A stretch of DNA of 64,000 nt from Adineta vaga (taxonomy: Eukaryota > Animalia > Rotifera). Of the stretch, positions 11,493-25,100 are shown one piece after another. Made by a program: the position numbers and the translations under genes. The notes under the pieces are model-generated. The model saw only the letters and a program-made list of their open reading frames with translations, was not told where the DNA came from and searched no databases. The stretch is from NCBI GenBank assembly GCA_021613535.1, contig CP075494.1:16740001-16804000 (forward strand), given 5' to 3'. How positions within the stretch are numbered: position 1 is the stretch's first letter; each line of letters begins with the position of its first letter.

Positions 11493-14400
11493 TGTCGCAT
11501 CTTCTACGACGAATTCGAGAATGGTTAAACAAGTTTGGAGAGTTTGTTCAAGTTTACAATCTCTTTAAATCTGTGCCACCTGCAGCCAATGAACATAATC
11601 TACAAAATCAACGAATTTCAACAAGAATATTCATCATCTTATTGATATTATTCTTAATAGTTCTTTTCGTGTATAATTCGCTAATTGTTATTACGCATAA
11701 GAAGGAAATGGACGATCCTACTTTCGATGAATATTTAACATTGCATTTACGATATTCCGATAGTCTCACATGTCCATGCACAAAACCATCGATTGATCAC
11801 ATTAGATTCTTTAATATTGATTATATATTACACCAGCTATGCAGTAGTATATTTTCATCAAGAGAATGGTTTTCTGATATCCCTATGTATGAGTATTCGA
11901 CAGAGCTAACAAAAGAGGACCTTCGATTCATTGCTTACCACCAATTTCATGCGCTAGAAGCATTTTGTCGAATGGCAAATCAAACAATATTGAACAGTTT
12001 GACTCAATTCTACTCAGATCAATATATTAGCGCAGCTGTCATTCCGTCACACTTATTTACTGTAGAAACACAGTTCTTGATTAATCAGTTCAAAACATCA
12101 ACAAAATTAATTTTTTTTCTTTTGTTTAATATGATACGGCAAACTACTCAAGCCAATGGTTTATTTTCTGGAAGACGAACGAATTATCATCTAAACATAC
12201 GAGCGAATAATTCTTGTATCAACCTACGAACTTGTCCCGGTGAGATCGAAGTGTATCCACAATGGTATGATAGTTGCAAGTGTGATTATTCCATGAAATG
12301 TACTAGTGAAGCACGCCTCATTAGAGATCAACATCAGCGAATGATATTCTATGCACCAGGTCTATTAGCCGGATGTTATGTTATTGAAGCAACTTTACAA
12401 TCAAATCTTCAATGCTTCTATAATCAAACATGTATCGAGCAAATTTTCTCATATCTACAAGTTGAAACACCAATAAATGGAACACATCTTGATTCATCAT
12501 TACCTAGTCGATTCTCTGTTAATTCAACAATTGAACAACTTCTCAATGAACTAATGATAGAACAATGGAACATATCAACTACATATGAAAATTATTATAA
12601 TGAATGTCGACCGAAACAATGTATATATACATATAAGACAAGGAATGATGTGATATTCGTTATTACTGCATTGCTTGGATTAGTGGGTGGTTTGACTACA
12701 GTTTTGAGACTGATTGTGCCAATTTCAGTTAAATTTATTAGAAGAAAAACAAGAGCACAAGCAATAGAACATGGTAAAATGATCATCTCAGGACGCTAAG
12801 AAAATTTTTCACGGAGAAAATAATCTTCGCTTTCGATTTCAAAATGAGCATAGAAACAAATAAATGTATGGGTGGAAAACCAGAGGGTGTGAATGAAAGT
12901 GAAGTGGTAATTAGGTAGTTTGATTTTGCCACAGAGCTTTTTAAAAATTCAATTGATAATTAACTTTAGACTGGGAAAAAAAGAAGAATATAAAATGTAA
13001 CTAATGCACAAGAAACATGTGTAGATTCACCAAGTATTCGGCACTACACGCCGTGCCTTGTGCGAGTAGTATTAGTGATATTAATCAAATATAAGTATAG
13101 GGATCACTGATAATAAAACACGATTTGAAAGATAGTGTTGAAATACATATAAGGATAAGAATTTGGACGCTGTTCCTCACAGGTCGTGCTCGACAGACTA
13201 TGTACTTTGTCTACCCTCCCACCTGTGAAACAGACTATGACTAAGTAAGAAATAAACAATCAGCGACAAGTACTTAATTGAAAAACTGTAGATATTTGGT
13301 TTATAGTTTATATAAAAGATATTTTGAAAAACTTCTTGGATTATCTAGTAGCAAAACACTAACCAAGAGCGTAGTTTCTACATTTGGCTTTTAAAAAGCG
13401 CAATTTCGGTTACAATGTCAATAAAACCTGAATTAGATTCGGTTTTATAGAAATTGTATTATTTTTCTTGAGATTGAAATCAGACGCTGAATGTTTTTAT
13501 AAAATAAATTCTGCTCATACTTGATTGTTTTATTATTTGTCTATACATTTTTCTATTCCAGAAAGTGAAACTAACACGATGCAAACCGATTTATTTGTAC
13601 AAATCAGAAATCATCTCTTCACATTGAACTTATTTCCATCATTTCCACCTTCTGTCAACGAATACGATCTTCAAAACGAACGAATCTCAACAAGAATATT
13701 TATCATAATATTTATTCTTTCATTATCAATTCTTCTCTTCTACTATTCATTAATAAATGTCACAAGTATCATCAACAAAGAAAACCCTTCATTCAAGGAA
13801 TATTCACAACTTTATGAAGCACATTCTCAAACTCTCACATGTCCATGTATAAAAGTATCAATACAATACAAAGAATTTCTTGAAGTTAGTTACACATTGC
13901 ATCAACTGTGCACTAGTGTATTTATAACTGAAGAATGGTTTAAATATCTTTCATATCGATCTCAAGATAATTATATTCATCCCGATGACTTTCGATGGAT
14001 AGGTCAGGCAATATTTGAATCATTACATACATTTTGTCAAATGTCAAATCAAACAATCTCAGATAGTTTGAGTCAATTCTATTTAAATCAATATATTAGT
14101 ACAAGTGTTGTATCATTAGAGTTATTTACACTGCAAACTAAATCATTCTTGGATCATTCGAGAAGTGAAGGAAAAACAAATTTTTTTCTTACACTCGATC
14201 TCATACAAAATATAACTGAAGCTAACTATCTTTTATCAGCAAGAAAAACTAATTACTACTTTTATCATCGCTATGCTGCATTTGATTTTGTGCTTAAAGA
14301 CTCTAATGAAACCTGTACTGATCCTGTTGAACGCAATTTCAAGAAGCCAGTGTCTATTTATGATTATCCTAATCATGCGACACTATTTGAGATACCTGGT

Positions 14401-16608
14401 TTATTAATAGGATGTTATGTTATTGAAGCAACTTTACAATCAAATCTTCAATGCTTCTATAATCAAACATGTATCGAGCAAATTTTCTCATATCTACAAG
14501 TTGAAACACCAATAAATGGAACACATCTTGATTCATCATTACCTAGTCGATTCTCTGTTAATTCAACAGTTGAACAACTTCTCAATGAACTAATGATAGA
14601 ACAATGGAACATATCAACTACATATGAAAATTATTATAATGAATGTCGACCGAAACAATGTATATATACATATAAGACAAGGAATGATGTGATATTCGTT
14701 ATTACTGCATTGCTTGGATTAGTGGGTGGTTTGACTACAGTTTTGAGACTGATTGTGCCAATTTCAGTTAAATTTATTAGAAGAAAAACAAGAGCACAAC
14801 AACAACGAGACGTATCGACAATCGAAACGCGTAAGATACACAAATAGTATTGAGTATTTTAGATCAATAATGAATCATAAATGCTACGTTATGATGGTCT
14901 TGTAGAGGTTATATGTGACAGAATAATACTCTGTTCTCTTAAATGAATCTCGTTTTAGCATATCTACCTAGGTCAACCAATCATTTTTGTCAATCAAAAG
15001 ATTCTAACATGTAACATATTCATCTACAAATTCTATTGTAAAAACGAAAAATCATAAGACAATAATTAGATAGTTCTAACTTTGGTAAAAATATTGAAAA
15101 CAGCAATGACGATGCAGATGAGAATGCAAGAGTGAGTGTGAAGGAGGTTTAAGCCTTCAAACTTTACTGTTTTCAATATGTTTGTCTGTTTTTCATTTTC
15201 GGTATTAGTTGTTAGTTGGAAGAATCATAGGGAGCAAAAAATCCCATAGTATTGCAATAAAAAGTGTAGTTATTTAATTGTTGATTTAGAAGTTTAGAGA
15301 AATACATTCATAATTGCTTTTCTTTGTATTTAAGAAATTAATGATCAAAGACGATTCCAAATCTATTTAAATAAAGTAGTACATTTCATTCACAATTTCA
15401 ATTTGTTTTCATCAGTTCCACCTTCGATCGACGAATACGATCTTCGAAACGAACGAATCTCAACAAGAATATTTATCATCTTATTTGTCTTTTCATTAAC
15501 AATTCTTCTCTCCTATTATTCATTAATTAATGTTACAATTACCATCAGTAAAGAAAAACCTACATTCGATGAATATTTACAACTTTATGAAGCACATTCT
15601 CAAACTCTTATATGTTCATGTATAAAAGTATCAATACTATATAAAGAATTTCTTGAAGTTAATTATACATTACATCAACTGTGTAGTAGTACATTTGTAA
15701 CTGAAGAATGGTTTACATATCTTGCTAAAATTTATTTGTATCAGAATATATATAAAGATGACTTTCTTTATATGGGTTCGTCAACATTTCAAGCGTTGAA
15801 TACACTGTGCCAAATGGTAAATCGAACAATCTCAAATCGCTTAACTGAATTATATTCACATGAATATCTTAGTGCAATTTTGACATCATCAAATATATTT
15901 TCATCAACTTTTGAATCATTACTTGGTCAATTAAGATCATTAATAACACATAATTTTCTTCTTTCTTTTGATATAATACGAAATACAACAACTATTAATG
16001 CTCTCATGTCAGCATTTCAATCAAATTATCAGTTTAACAGGAACAGTGACTTAACTATATTTCCGACGACTCATTATGCTTGCTCGTGTCACGACACAAT
16101 AAAATGTGTCGTACCCTTTCCTGTCAAGAGTCATCCCATGGCACCTACAGCATTTTTTATACCAAATTTCTTTACTGGGTGCTACGTTATCGAAGCACTT
16201 CTTCAGTCGAGTCTTGAATGTTTCTTTGATGAAACATGTATCAGTGAAATACAAAAATATATAACATATACTTTACCAATGAATGTAACAGCTCTTGATC
16301 CTTTATTACCGAGTGAATACTCTGTCGATTCAGCAATACAAGATATTCTCAATCAATTAATGATTGAACAGTGGAATCATTCTGTTACATATGAGAAGTA
16401 TTACAATCATTGTCAACCAAAACAATGCACATATGTTTATGAGACGAATAATGGTGCAGTTGCGATTATTACTATATTATTTGGATTAGTTGGTGGTTTA
16501 TTAACTATTTTAAGTCACGTTGTGCCACGATCGGTGAAAACTATAGCATGGATAGTAAGAAGACGGAGAAGAATAATAGTTCAAGAGATATCCACTATTC
16601 AGACTTAA
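11493..16608 (+). CDS. Multi-pass membrane protein of three tandem ~425-aa repeat exons (11493-12773, 13562-14830, 15335-16608); 5' exon(s) apparently missing
   Basis: The three ORFs are paralogous (NERISTRIFIILF-TM, LTCPC, YTLHQLCSS, GCYVIEA.LQS.L.CF, EQWN, C.PKQC.Y-TM). Acceptors at 11492, 13561 and 15334 and donors at 12773 and 14830 are all phase 1 and join in frame. Confidence 0.8.
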
Positions 16609-17166
16609 ATATCACTTTTGTAAAATAATAATTATAATTAACTTTAAAAAAAACAGTACGCTAAATAACTGTGTGAGAAGAGTGGATGAATTTCAAGAAG
16701 CTTTCTTAAAGATCGGTGTACGTATCAATTAAAAAATGTCAAGAACTATCCTTTGAAATTAATAATAAATTTTTGAATATACATTTGATTCTTGTATCAC
16801 GTCTTGATCAAGTATAATAAATTTAAGGACATTGGAGTGTGAATATCATTCCAAGAATTTTCATCTTGGATATATAGGAAGGAAAAGATGACTGTTTAAA
16901 AGAATCGTTGTAAAGCAAGTTTATAAACATTTAGTAATCGTGAAGAAAAGTAGACTTTACTGTGAAATCCTCAAATTACTATAGATCATTATATATTTTG
17001 ATTCTTTCTCTTGTAAACTGATATTAATAATATTCATTAGGACAAGTGTCTGTTCTGGACATTCAGTATATAATGAAGATAAACGTTCTAACTTTGACTA
17101 CATTGCTGACAAGTAGAACTGAGTGAACTCTAACCATTGTACATTTTTTCCCCATGTATATATGTT

Positions 17167-18416
17167 TTATTTATTCAGTATATCAACAATTTTTGTTAAT
17201 ATTGGTTCAAAGCGATTGTTAGCAGCTGTTATTGTTCCTTCCATTCGATTCATCACATAAGCAAAGGAGAGATTGTATGATGGTGCAGCCAAACCAACAC
17301 TTCCGCCTGCTCCTATAATAATACAAAAATATAAATTTTAGCAAATCTATGAAAAATGTAAATATTTATGTTACCAAAATGACCAAAACTTCCTGATCCT
17401 AATTTAGGAAACGTTTTATCAAGAAGCATAAAACCCATACCAAATGATGAATGTGTTTGTGAAACAAGATCTAATTCACCATCTGGTGTATTCGATTTTG
17501 TTGCTAATTTCATAATATCTTCATTTAAAATTCGTTGATACTTTCCATTATCAACATCACCAATTAATAACGAATAGAATCGTGCAATTGACCAAGCATT
17601 CGATATGCCATTTCCAGCCGGTATTTCTGCTTGATGTGAACGAACATCATTAAAGAAATTCATGGCAGAATTTAATGATTCATCATTGAAATGTTGAGAT
17701 AGTTGACTAAATTCGTGTGGTGATACACGATATTCTTTGGTTGATGGTAAACCAATATAAAATTCAAGATTTGATGAAGATGAAATTTCATCGTAAATAA
17801 ATTGTCCAAGTGACCGTTTCTTTGGATCAACACGTCGAATAAGTTCACCAGCAAGCCAGCCATAAGTAAGTGAATGGTAACTATGAGCAGAACCTGGTAT
17901 CCAAGATGGTGATTGTTCTTCCAATATGTTTATCATTGTTGTCCAATTGAGATATTGTTCAAATGGAACTGAAACATCAGGTAATCCAGCACGATGAGAA
18001 AGAATATCGCTTACAAGTGTATTTTCTTTTCCATTTTGTCCATATTCAGGCCAATAGTCAGTGACTAGTGCTGAATAATTGAGTAGACCACGTTGAACAG
18101 CAAGTGCTACAGCTCCAGCGACAATTCCTTTTGTTGTTGAAAAGACTAATTGTAATGTTGCGTTATCATAAGGTTTTGTTCGTGACTGATCAAACCATCC
18201 ACCAGATAGACCAACGACTAATTGACCTTGATGATACACTGCTATTGATGCTCCTAAATCTCGATCTTCAATAAAATTATTTTCAAACAAATCATAGATA
18301 CTCTCCCAACCAGGCGTAATAGTTCCACGAATATTATAATCAATATTTTTAGTATAACTAGTCACTATTGAAGCAAGAATAAAGATCAAAAGATGTATTG
18401 TTCGATGATAACTCAT
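17167..18416 (-). CDS. Secreted beta-lactamase-family serine hydrolase (EstB/class C-like); one intron near 17294-17372
   Basis: Signal peptide, FSTTK (SxxK), ILSHRAGL, HSYHSLTYGWL, PAGNGISNA, and FGHF-G joined by a GT-AG intron to GAGGSVGLAAPSYNLSFAYVMN...ILNK*. Confidence 0.88.
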
Positions 18417-18668
18417 GTTTCAATTGTAATGTAGAACAGAACAGAATATTAAAACAACAACAAAACATAAAGGGCTTATATATAGCTATATATAGTTGAA
18501 TAAAAATCAGTAGGTAAAGAAGCAAATAAATAATGACATATATGTTAAGCCCAAAGGATTAAAGTAAAATAATTGAAACTTTGTATTTATTTACCTTATA
18601 AGGTAATGAGATGTATCTATTTTTCATACCATTTTAGGACATTGATATTATTACATATAAATGTGATA

Positions 18669-18700
18669 TTGAGGGTGTGAGGGTGGATGAATGCGTGAAA
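18669..18700 (+). repeat. Telomere-like junction motif (G-strand half)
   Basis: attgagggtgtgagggtgg between the beta-lactamase-family and CAP genes. Confidence 0.65.
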
Positions 18701-19237
18701 GATAGGACGATTAGATAAAGTAATACTCTCATCGAAATTGAAATATTTTCTCTGTATTCAACTTAGTCATTTTTGAAAGACAATCATGAAGATAGATTGC
18801 ATCGCCTTAAAAGTATAAATATGTATGTCATATAAAAAAATTGAGGCCATCAATAATGACCGTACAAAAAAACATTTAGGTGAGACAGTAAATAGAACGC
18901 ACATCTATTATGTGTTAATTAAAATTTAACAGCCATATAAAATAGAGTTGATATATTGATTTCATCTATATAGTCAATACATATTTTCCGAAGAACGGTG
19001 AAAATTCATATTTTTATTCGTTATTTTCTTTCTCAGAAAAACAACGGTGCTTTCTTAGTTACAAACAATAAAACATGTTAAATCTCGACGGACAACCTGA
19101 TACAATGCAACAACTCTCGTAATATCGACATTAGCTTTCGTATAGTCACTACAACTAACATTTTGATGCCTTTTTTCAATTAATTATAAGATCATATGTC
19201 ATATTTACTGAGTTATTGTTTTTTGTTCTTTTCTAGG

Positions 19238-20356
19238 ATGTTGGGAACAAAACAAATTGTGACTGGTGTTGGGATATTCCTTTGTTTGACTTTCGTATCA
19301 ATTCCACTCGTGCTCGTAGTTTCTTTGGTTCCTCTCTATTTGAGCAACAATGCAGTAGCTGGTAGGTTATCATTTACCACAAATTGAATTCTCAATTTTC
19401 CCGTTTGGTGATGATTGCTAACCAAATGTAAAAAATTGTGATCAACTGAAAGTCTTTTCTCTCTTGGTGATCCCACAATATGAGATAAATAATAATCATT
19501 CGATCGGGCACTTCAAAAGATAAAGCAAAACGTTAGAGCTAAAATACTTTTGATGTTTAGATTGACATATAATCTCTATTTTTGATAGAAAGATAGGAAC
19601 AATCGGTTACTGCTAATATTTTACTATGTAACTTGGTCGTTGACTCTTCGTCATCCTCGTTTACAAATGTTTCGAATAACAGCTGCATAACTTAAGTATT
19701 AATTAGTTCTAGATTGAAATCACGATAGGTACAATAAATACATGAGATAATCATCTATTGTTTCTTTTGACATTCCAATAATTCTTATAACATATGTAGG
19801 CACAAACAGTGGTTCCTTTACTACATTCCAAAAACAAGCATTGGCGCAATCAAATACATATCGTACAACTCACTGCGCTCCTGATTTAACCTTAGATAAA
19901 GATTTGAACACAATCGCACAAAATTATGCTCAAACGTTGTGTGATACAAATTCTTTTGCACACAGTGGAAATACGTATAATGGACAAGCTTTAGGCGAAA
20001 ACTTATGGCAAATGAGTTCATCGAGTCCAATTAGTAAAGATTCGATAAATGGTAATTATATATACATATATGGTTAGAAATAAAACTCATAATTATTATT
20101 TCTTATTCTAGGTGCAACTCCAGTTACTGCATGGTATGATGAGATAAGTGCTTACAATTTTGCGGCAGGTGTTTTCGCGTCAAATACAGGACATTTTACT
20201 CAATTGGTTTGGAAATCTTCTACTAAATTCGGTATTGGCATATGTTGTACATCAGCTGGTACTACATGTATGGTCGTTGCTAATTATTTACCTGCTGGCA
20301 ATGTTGCTGGTCAGTTCATCGCAAATGTTCTACCAGCTTCATGTAGTGGAAAATGA
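19238..20356 (+). CDS. CAP/SCP (PR-1, GAPR-1-like) domain protein with N-terminal hydrophobic anchor; multi-exon
   Basis: Exon at 19238 encodes a hydrophobic segment. Exon ~19800-20051 has HCAPDLTLD...AQNYA...FAHS...LGENL. Exon 20112-20356 has WYDEI...TGHFTQLVWKSS...GIG...VVANYLPAGNV. Confidence 0.88.
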
Positions 20357-20600
20357 TGTCATTTTTCTCAACAGAAATATTTTTAATCCATGAAAATTAA
20401 CTGTGACTTCTTTCTCAATGAAAAGGTTTCTTTTTTTACTAATAGTATTCGGTGATGGCTATTCAACTAATATTTATCTATTTTCATTTTCAAAATTTCA
20501 TTATTTAACAAAAAAAAATAAAAATTTTTTCTTTGGTACATTTATTATTAGCCAACTGTTCTGCTATTTATTATGAATTCAAAACAAGTACAAATATTGT

Positions 20601-20675
20601 TCTTGAGCGTGTGGGGTGGATGGGAGTGGGAGTGTGGGTAAAGGAGTCATGTGTTTACACCCACACCCTCAAGAT
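20601..20675. repeat. Telomere-like palindromic junction motif
   Basis: tcttgagcgtgtggggtgg ... tacacccacaccctcaaga. Confidence 0.85.
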
Positions 20676-20679
20676 CATT

Positions 20680-21510
20680 AATAAGTATAGAAATACTTTG
20701 TATCATAAGACTAAAAAGTGTTAGTTGATTCCAAATACATGTAAAGATAAGAAGATAAATAATAAATGTACGAATTATTGTTGAATGTAAAAGAGTTAAT
20801 ATTGAACATAAATTACTTAATAAACCAATAAAAAACATAAAAATTGATAAAATTAAATAAATTATTTTTGATATTGATGAAATATTTTCATAATCATCAA
20901 TTTGATCATTGGAAATTAATAAAGTTTCAACTGAATAACCAAATTGTGCTGTTTTATATTGACATAATAATCTATAATAACATTGATGACATCGATAGAG
21001 AAAATCAGAACGATTTTCATGTTTATTTCGATAAATACATAAACCATCATATAAACCTTATAAAATCGATAAATAAATTTAATAGATTTTCTTAAAAACA
21101 AATTTCTTACAAAAATCACATTGATCATATTGAAAATGATATTTATAACAAAATGCTGATTGTCGTTGTAAATCACATAAACAAAAATATGTTTGTTCAT
21201 CATAAAAACCTAAAATATGCGAATTTCGACATACTTGATGATATCGTTTCATAAATGGTATCAATTTTATATCTGAATTATAATCATTTTTATCTTTCGG
21301 AATTAAATTCTCGAGCATGACGACATCAATTTGTTTCATTTAATATTACAATTTTACTAAAATAAACCACATGTATCATTGTCCATAAAAGATAAATATT
21401 ATAATCTATACTGAATGTATAATATTTTAATAAACCTACATCATTAGAAGAATAAGTAGAACGAAAATATGTACGACTGATTGTTGCATTAGACATTGCC
21501 ATTATATGCT
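20680..21510 (-). pseudogene. Degraded fragment of a Cys-containing receptor-like gene with hydrophobic segments
   Basis: YHQVC...YFCLCD...FCYKYHFQYDQCDFC followed by hydrophobic pieces (FFIGLLSNLCSILTL) in different frames. It ends at the 20601-20675 palindrome. Family call is tentative. Confidence 0.4.
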
Positions 21511-22144
21511 ATTCTAATATAACAGAGACAACAGATGAATCATAAATATAATATCTTATTCTATTTTAACATTCTATATTGATGAATTCTTTTGACTGAT
21601 ACAAATAATTGAAGGTAATATTAATTTCTAATCAATTATTTAATCAATAAGTAGTTGACAAAGATTTTTCAAGAAATTTTGTATTAGAAAATGTTCAATA
21701 TTGATTAAAAATGCTTCTTAAACGTTGATTTGTACATAAAATATGTGTTTTATTATGAATATTTCTTTCATTTAGATTTATTTTAATATATTTAAAATCT
21801 TGAAAACATTTCATTTCAAAAATTATATCAATTCATAAAAGAATAAGAATAAGAATTTTCATTGTTAAAAACTTAATTAAGCATCAACGACCCACACGCT
21901 CCAAAATACAGTGGACATTGCAGTGTGAGTCGAAAACTAGAGTCCTCTGTCTAACATCTTTATATATCTCCTTGAGGAAAAAACTTTTACCTTCATTCGT
22001 CAACATAAGTTACATGATTTTTCCAGTAACAGCTATCTTGTCAGATAATATATAAATATATGTTATCGTCATTCATCTCCATACTCTCTACAATATATTT
22101 CGAAAGTATAAAGACTTTATTTTTACAATTGTAACTAAAGAAAT

Positions 22145-25100
22145 ATGAATACAAACGATCATCAAGTTGAAAAATATGTTTTAATGTGGAATGATCCAAC
22201 GGTGAATTCAACAGAAGAAATTCGAAAAGCACAACAAAGTTTAGTTAAAAATTTTAATCAATTGAATACATACGAAACTGTTGATAAATGTAAAAATGCT
22301 ATTCGACAATTGTCCACAACTAGTCGAGTTATTCTTATTATTAGTGGAACATTTGGTAAAGAATTAGTTCCACGTATTCATGATTTACAAAATATTATCA
22401 ATTTATGTTTTTTGTTTTCAACGAGATAAATATATACAATGGGCAAAAGAGTACAACAAAGTAAAAGAATAAATTTGTAATTGATTCTTTTCAAACCTTT
22501 TCTTTTTTTCTTCTTTATAGATCAAAGCAATTATTGTTGATATACAAAAACTTATTTCAACTATTCAATTCGATTATGAACAACAATTTAATCTAAAATT
22601 AAGTGAGTTAATAAAGAAAAAATACAATATTTTTCATCCTTTTAATTCTTATTTTTGTTTTTTAGCAAATAAAATATTCCACATATAAACGAAAATTTAT
22701 TACTTGAAAATATTTTGAAGAATTCAGATCGATCTCTTCGTCGTTGTTTAATATCTCTTCTTAGTAAACGTAATTCTATACCAATGATTCAATCTTCATA
22801 TAATTCTTTAAATAATGAATATTATTTAATATCTGATATTATTTATGTATGGGATTATTATCGACCTATATTACTTTCATTTGATATTGGTCAATGTAAA
22901 AATAAAATTATATCAATAAATAATTTATTTGGTACCAATTTCGAAAAATCTATTAACAATATTTCAACTACTATCAATGTTGATTTTGGTTATTATTTTG
23001 ATGAACGACGTCCTGTTAATATAGCAATTACTTATGGACAAATTTCTCATAAAACTTTGATTGAAATATCAATGTTATTTAATGGTTTTATTATTCATAT
23101 TGATCAAATATATTTATGTTCAAATCAATTAAATGTTATTAATTATCTAAAATTATTTTCTAAACAAAAATATATTCTCATATTAATTCATCATAACAAC
23201 GATGAAATTGATGATCAAACAGAATTAATTATTAAAAATATAAATGAAATTTATTCTAATTATCAAATTGATTATTTATTAAATGATCAGGAGAATAAAG
23301 AACAAATTGATGAAGTACGAGAAAAACTCTTTCATAATGCAATTCAACTACAAAGCTTTGATGAGAAAACAACTCAAGAATATCTTAAAAAATTAATGAA
23401 TAAAAATGAAAAAGATTTTATTGAACAAGATGAAGATTTTATTAATTCTATTCGATCTATTCTTATTGATGGTAAAAAGGATAATTATTTATTATATTCT
23501 TTGTTTACAGATTTATGTAAGAAAAAATTGAAAGTGAATCAAATGGATCGATATGGAGATGATATGAAATGTGATATATTGTATAAACTTCATCTAGAAT
23601 TATTTTCTACAGAAACAGAATTCAAAAAACAACAAGATATTGATTCACGTATATATAGTCCTGGATTTGAAATGTTTTTCAATTTACTTCAAGAACCAAA
23701 ATCACGATTAGCGAAATTAAATCTATTATCAATGGAATTGAAAAAAGAAGCAATTCAAAAATTGAAAGATAAAAAAACTTTACAATTTTATGAACAATTA
23801 TCAATTGAAATTCATTGGCGTAATGTAATTATTAATTCAAATAATTTAACTAATATTGATCAACAAATACTTATTACATCATATCGAGATTATATTATCG
23901 AAGGAAATCCATTTGAAATAATTGATGGAGATAATTTTGAAATGCAAGATACATTTTTAAATAAAGTATTTCAATTATTTCAAGATAAAAAATTTTTTAT
24001 TATTACGACAATTGGACCAGAGAATAGTGGTAAAAGTACATTATTAAATTTCTTATTTGGTACTTTATTTGAAACACGCGATGGAAGATGTACAAAGGGG
24101 TAAAAATTAAAAGAATTTTTATTTTAATATTTAACTATTTTTTGTGTACTCAAAAAGTGAGGATACTATAAAAATCGGTCAGTGTATCCGTTCGGCCATC
24201 CGTTTACACGATAACTTCTCAGAGACTAATGAAATTCTCATGAAATTTTGTACACAGCATTAACTCATCAATATCTCAGTCGAGTTCGAAGATGAGCTCA
24301 GCCGATTGTACTATTGTTGACTTACAGAAAAATTTCCCAATATCTCTACATATAAAGTAGTATGTTTGTCTGCCTGTTCGCTAGCCATTCAGTCCCTGTA
24401 ATAGCTAAGATCACCAAACTCTCCATGGTACTTTCCTAGGTCTACAAAAAGGTTGAGAGAGTATTGGCATACGAATAGGGAGTAGGGAGGGCTGACCTGA
24501 GTGAAATTTCACCCATGTAGTTCTGTGGGTTATAATGTCACACCCACTTTTTATAGTGCTTACCTAGGTCTAGAGAAAGGTCACAATGTGGTTGGCATCA
24601 TCAGGATGAGTGTGATGAATCAGTAAAAAAGAGTCACATGCTCATATTTGTCCTTGCTTTGCACTTTCTCCTTATTCTGTATTCAATTCTTATAATCCTT
24701 TGTCTTTTTCTCTTTCAAAAGGGTATATAAGTGACTGTTTTGTTTGAGAACGATACGATATATGATATGAAGAAATAAAGGAAAGTGTGGCTTCATCAGC
24801 GCTAAAGCCTCTTCTATCAAAAAACATAATTTCTTTTAATTTGAATGTCTCAGATGAATATAATCTAGGTATCAACAACATGTTATTGACAGCATATTTG
24901 AAACCTCATACTTTTTCGAGCATACGGGAAAAGTGAGCGCATTACTATAATCAATATTGATATTTACATTCATGCGTTCGTTTACACGACAACTCTTAAA
25001 AGGCTAATCCAATTGTGGTGAAATTTTGTACAGAGTCTTCTTTCATCAATATCTCGCTCGAGTTCGAAGATGAGCCTGATTGGGTAAGCCGATGTTGAGT

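Noticed and set aside
11414-16608. Three separate paralogous genes
   Set aside because: Phase-compatible splice sites join them into one frame, and the second and third ORF starts are non-ATG.
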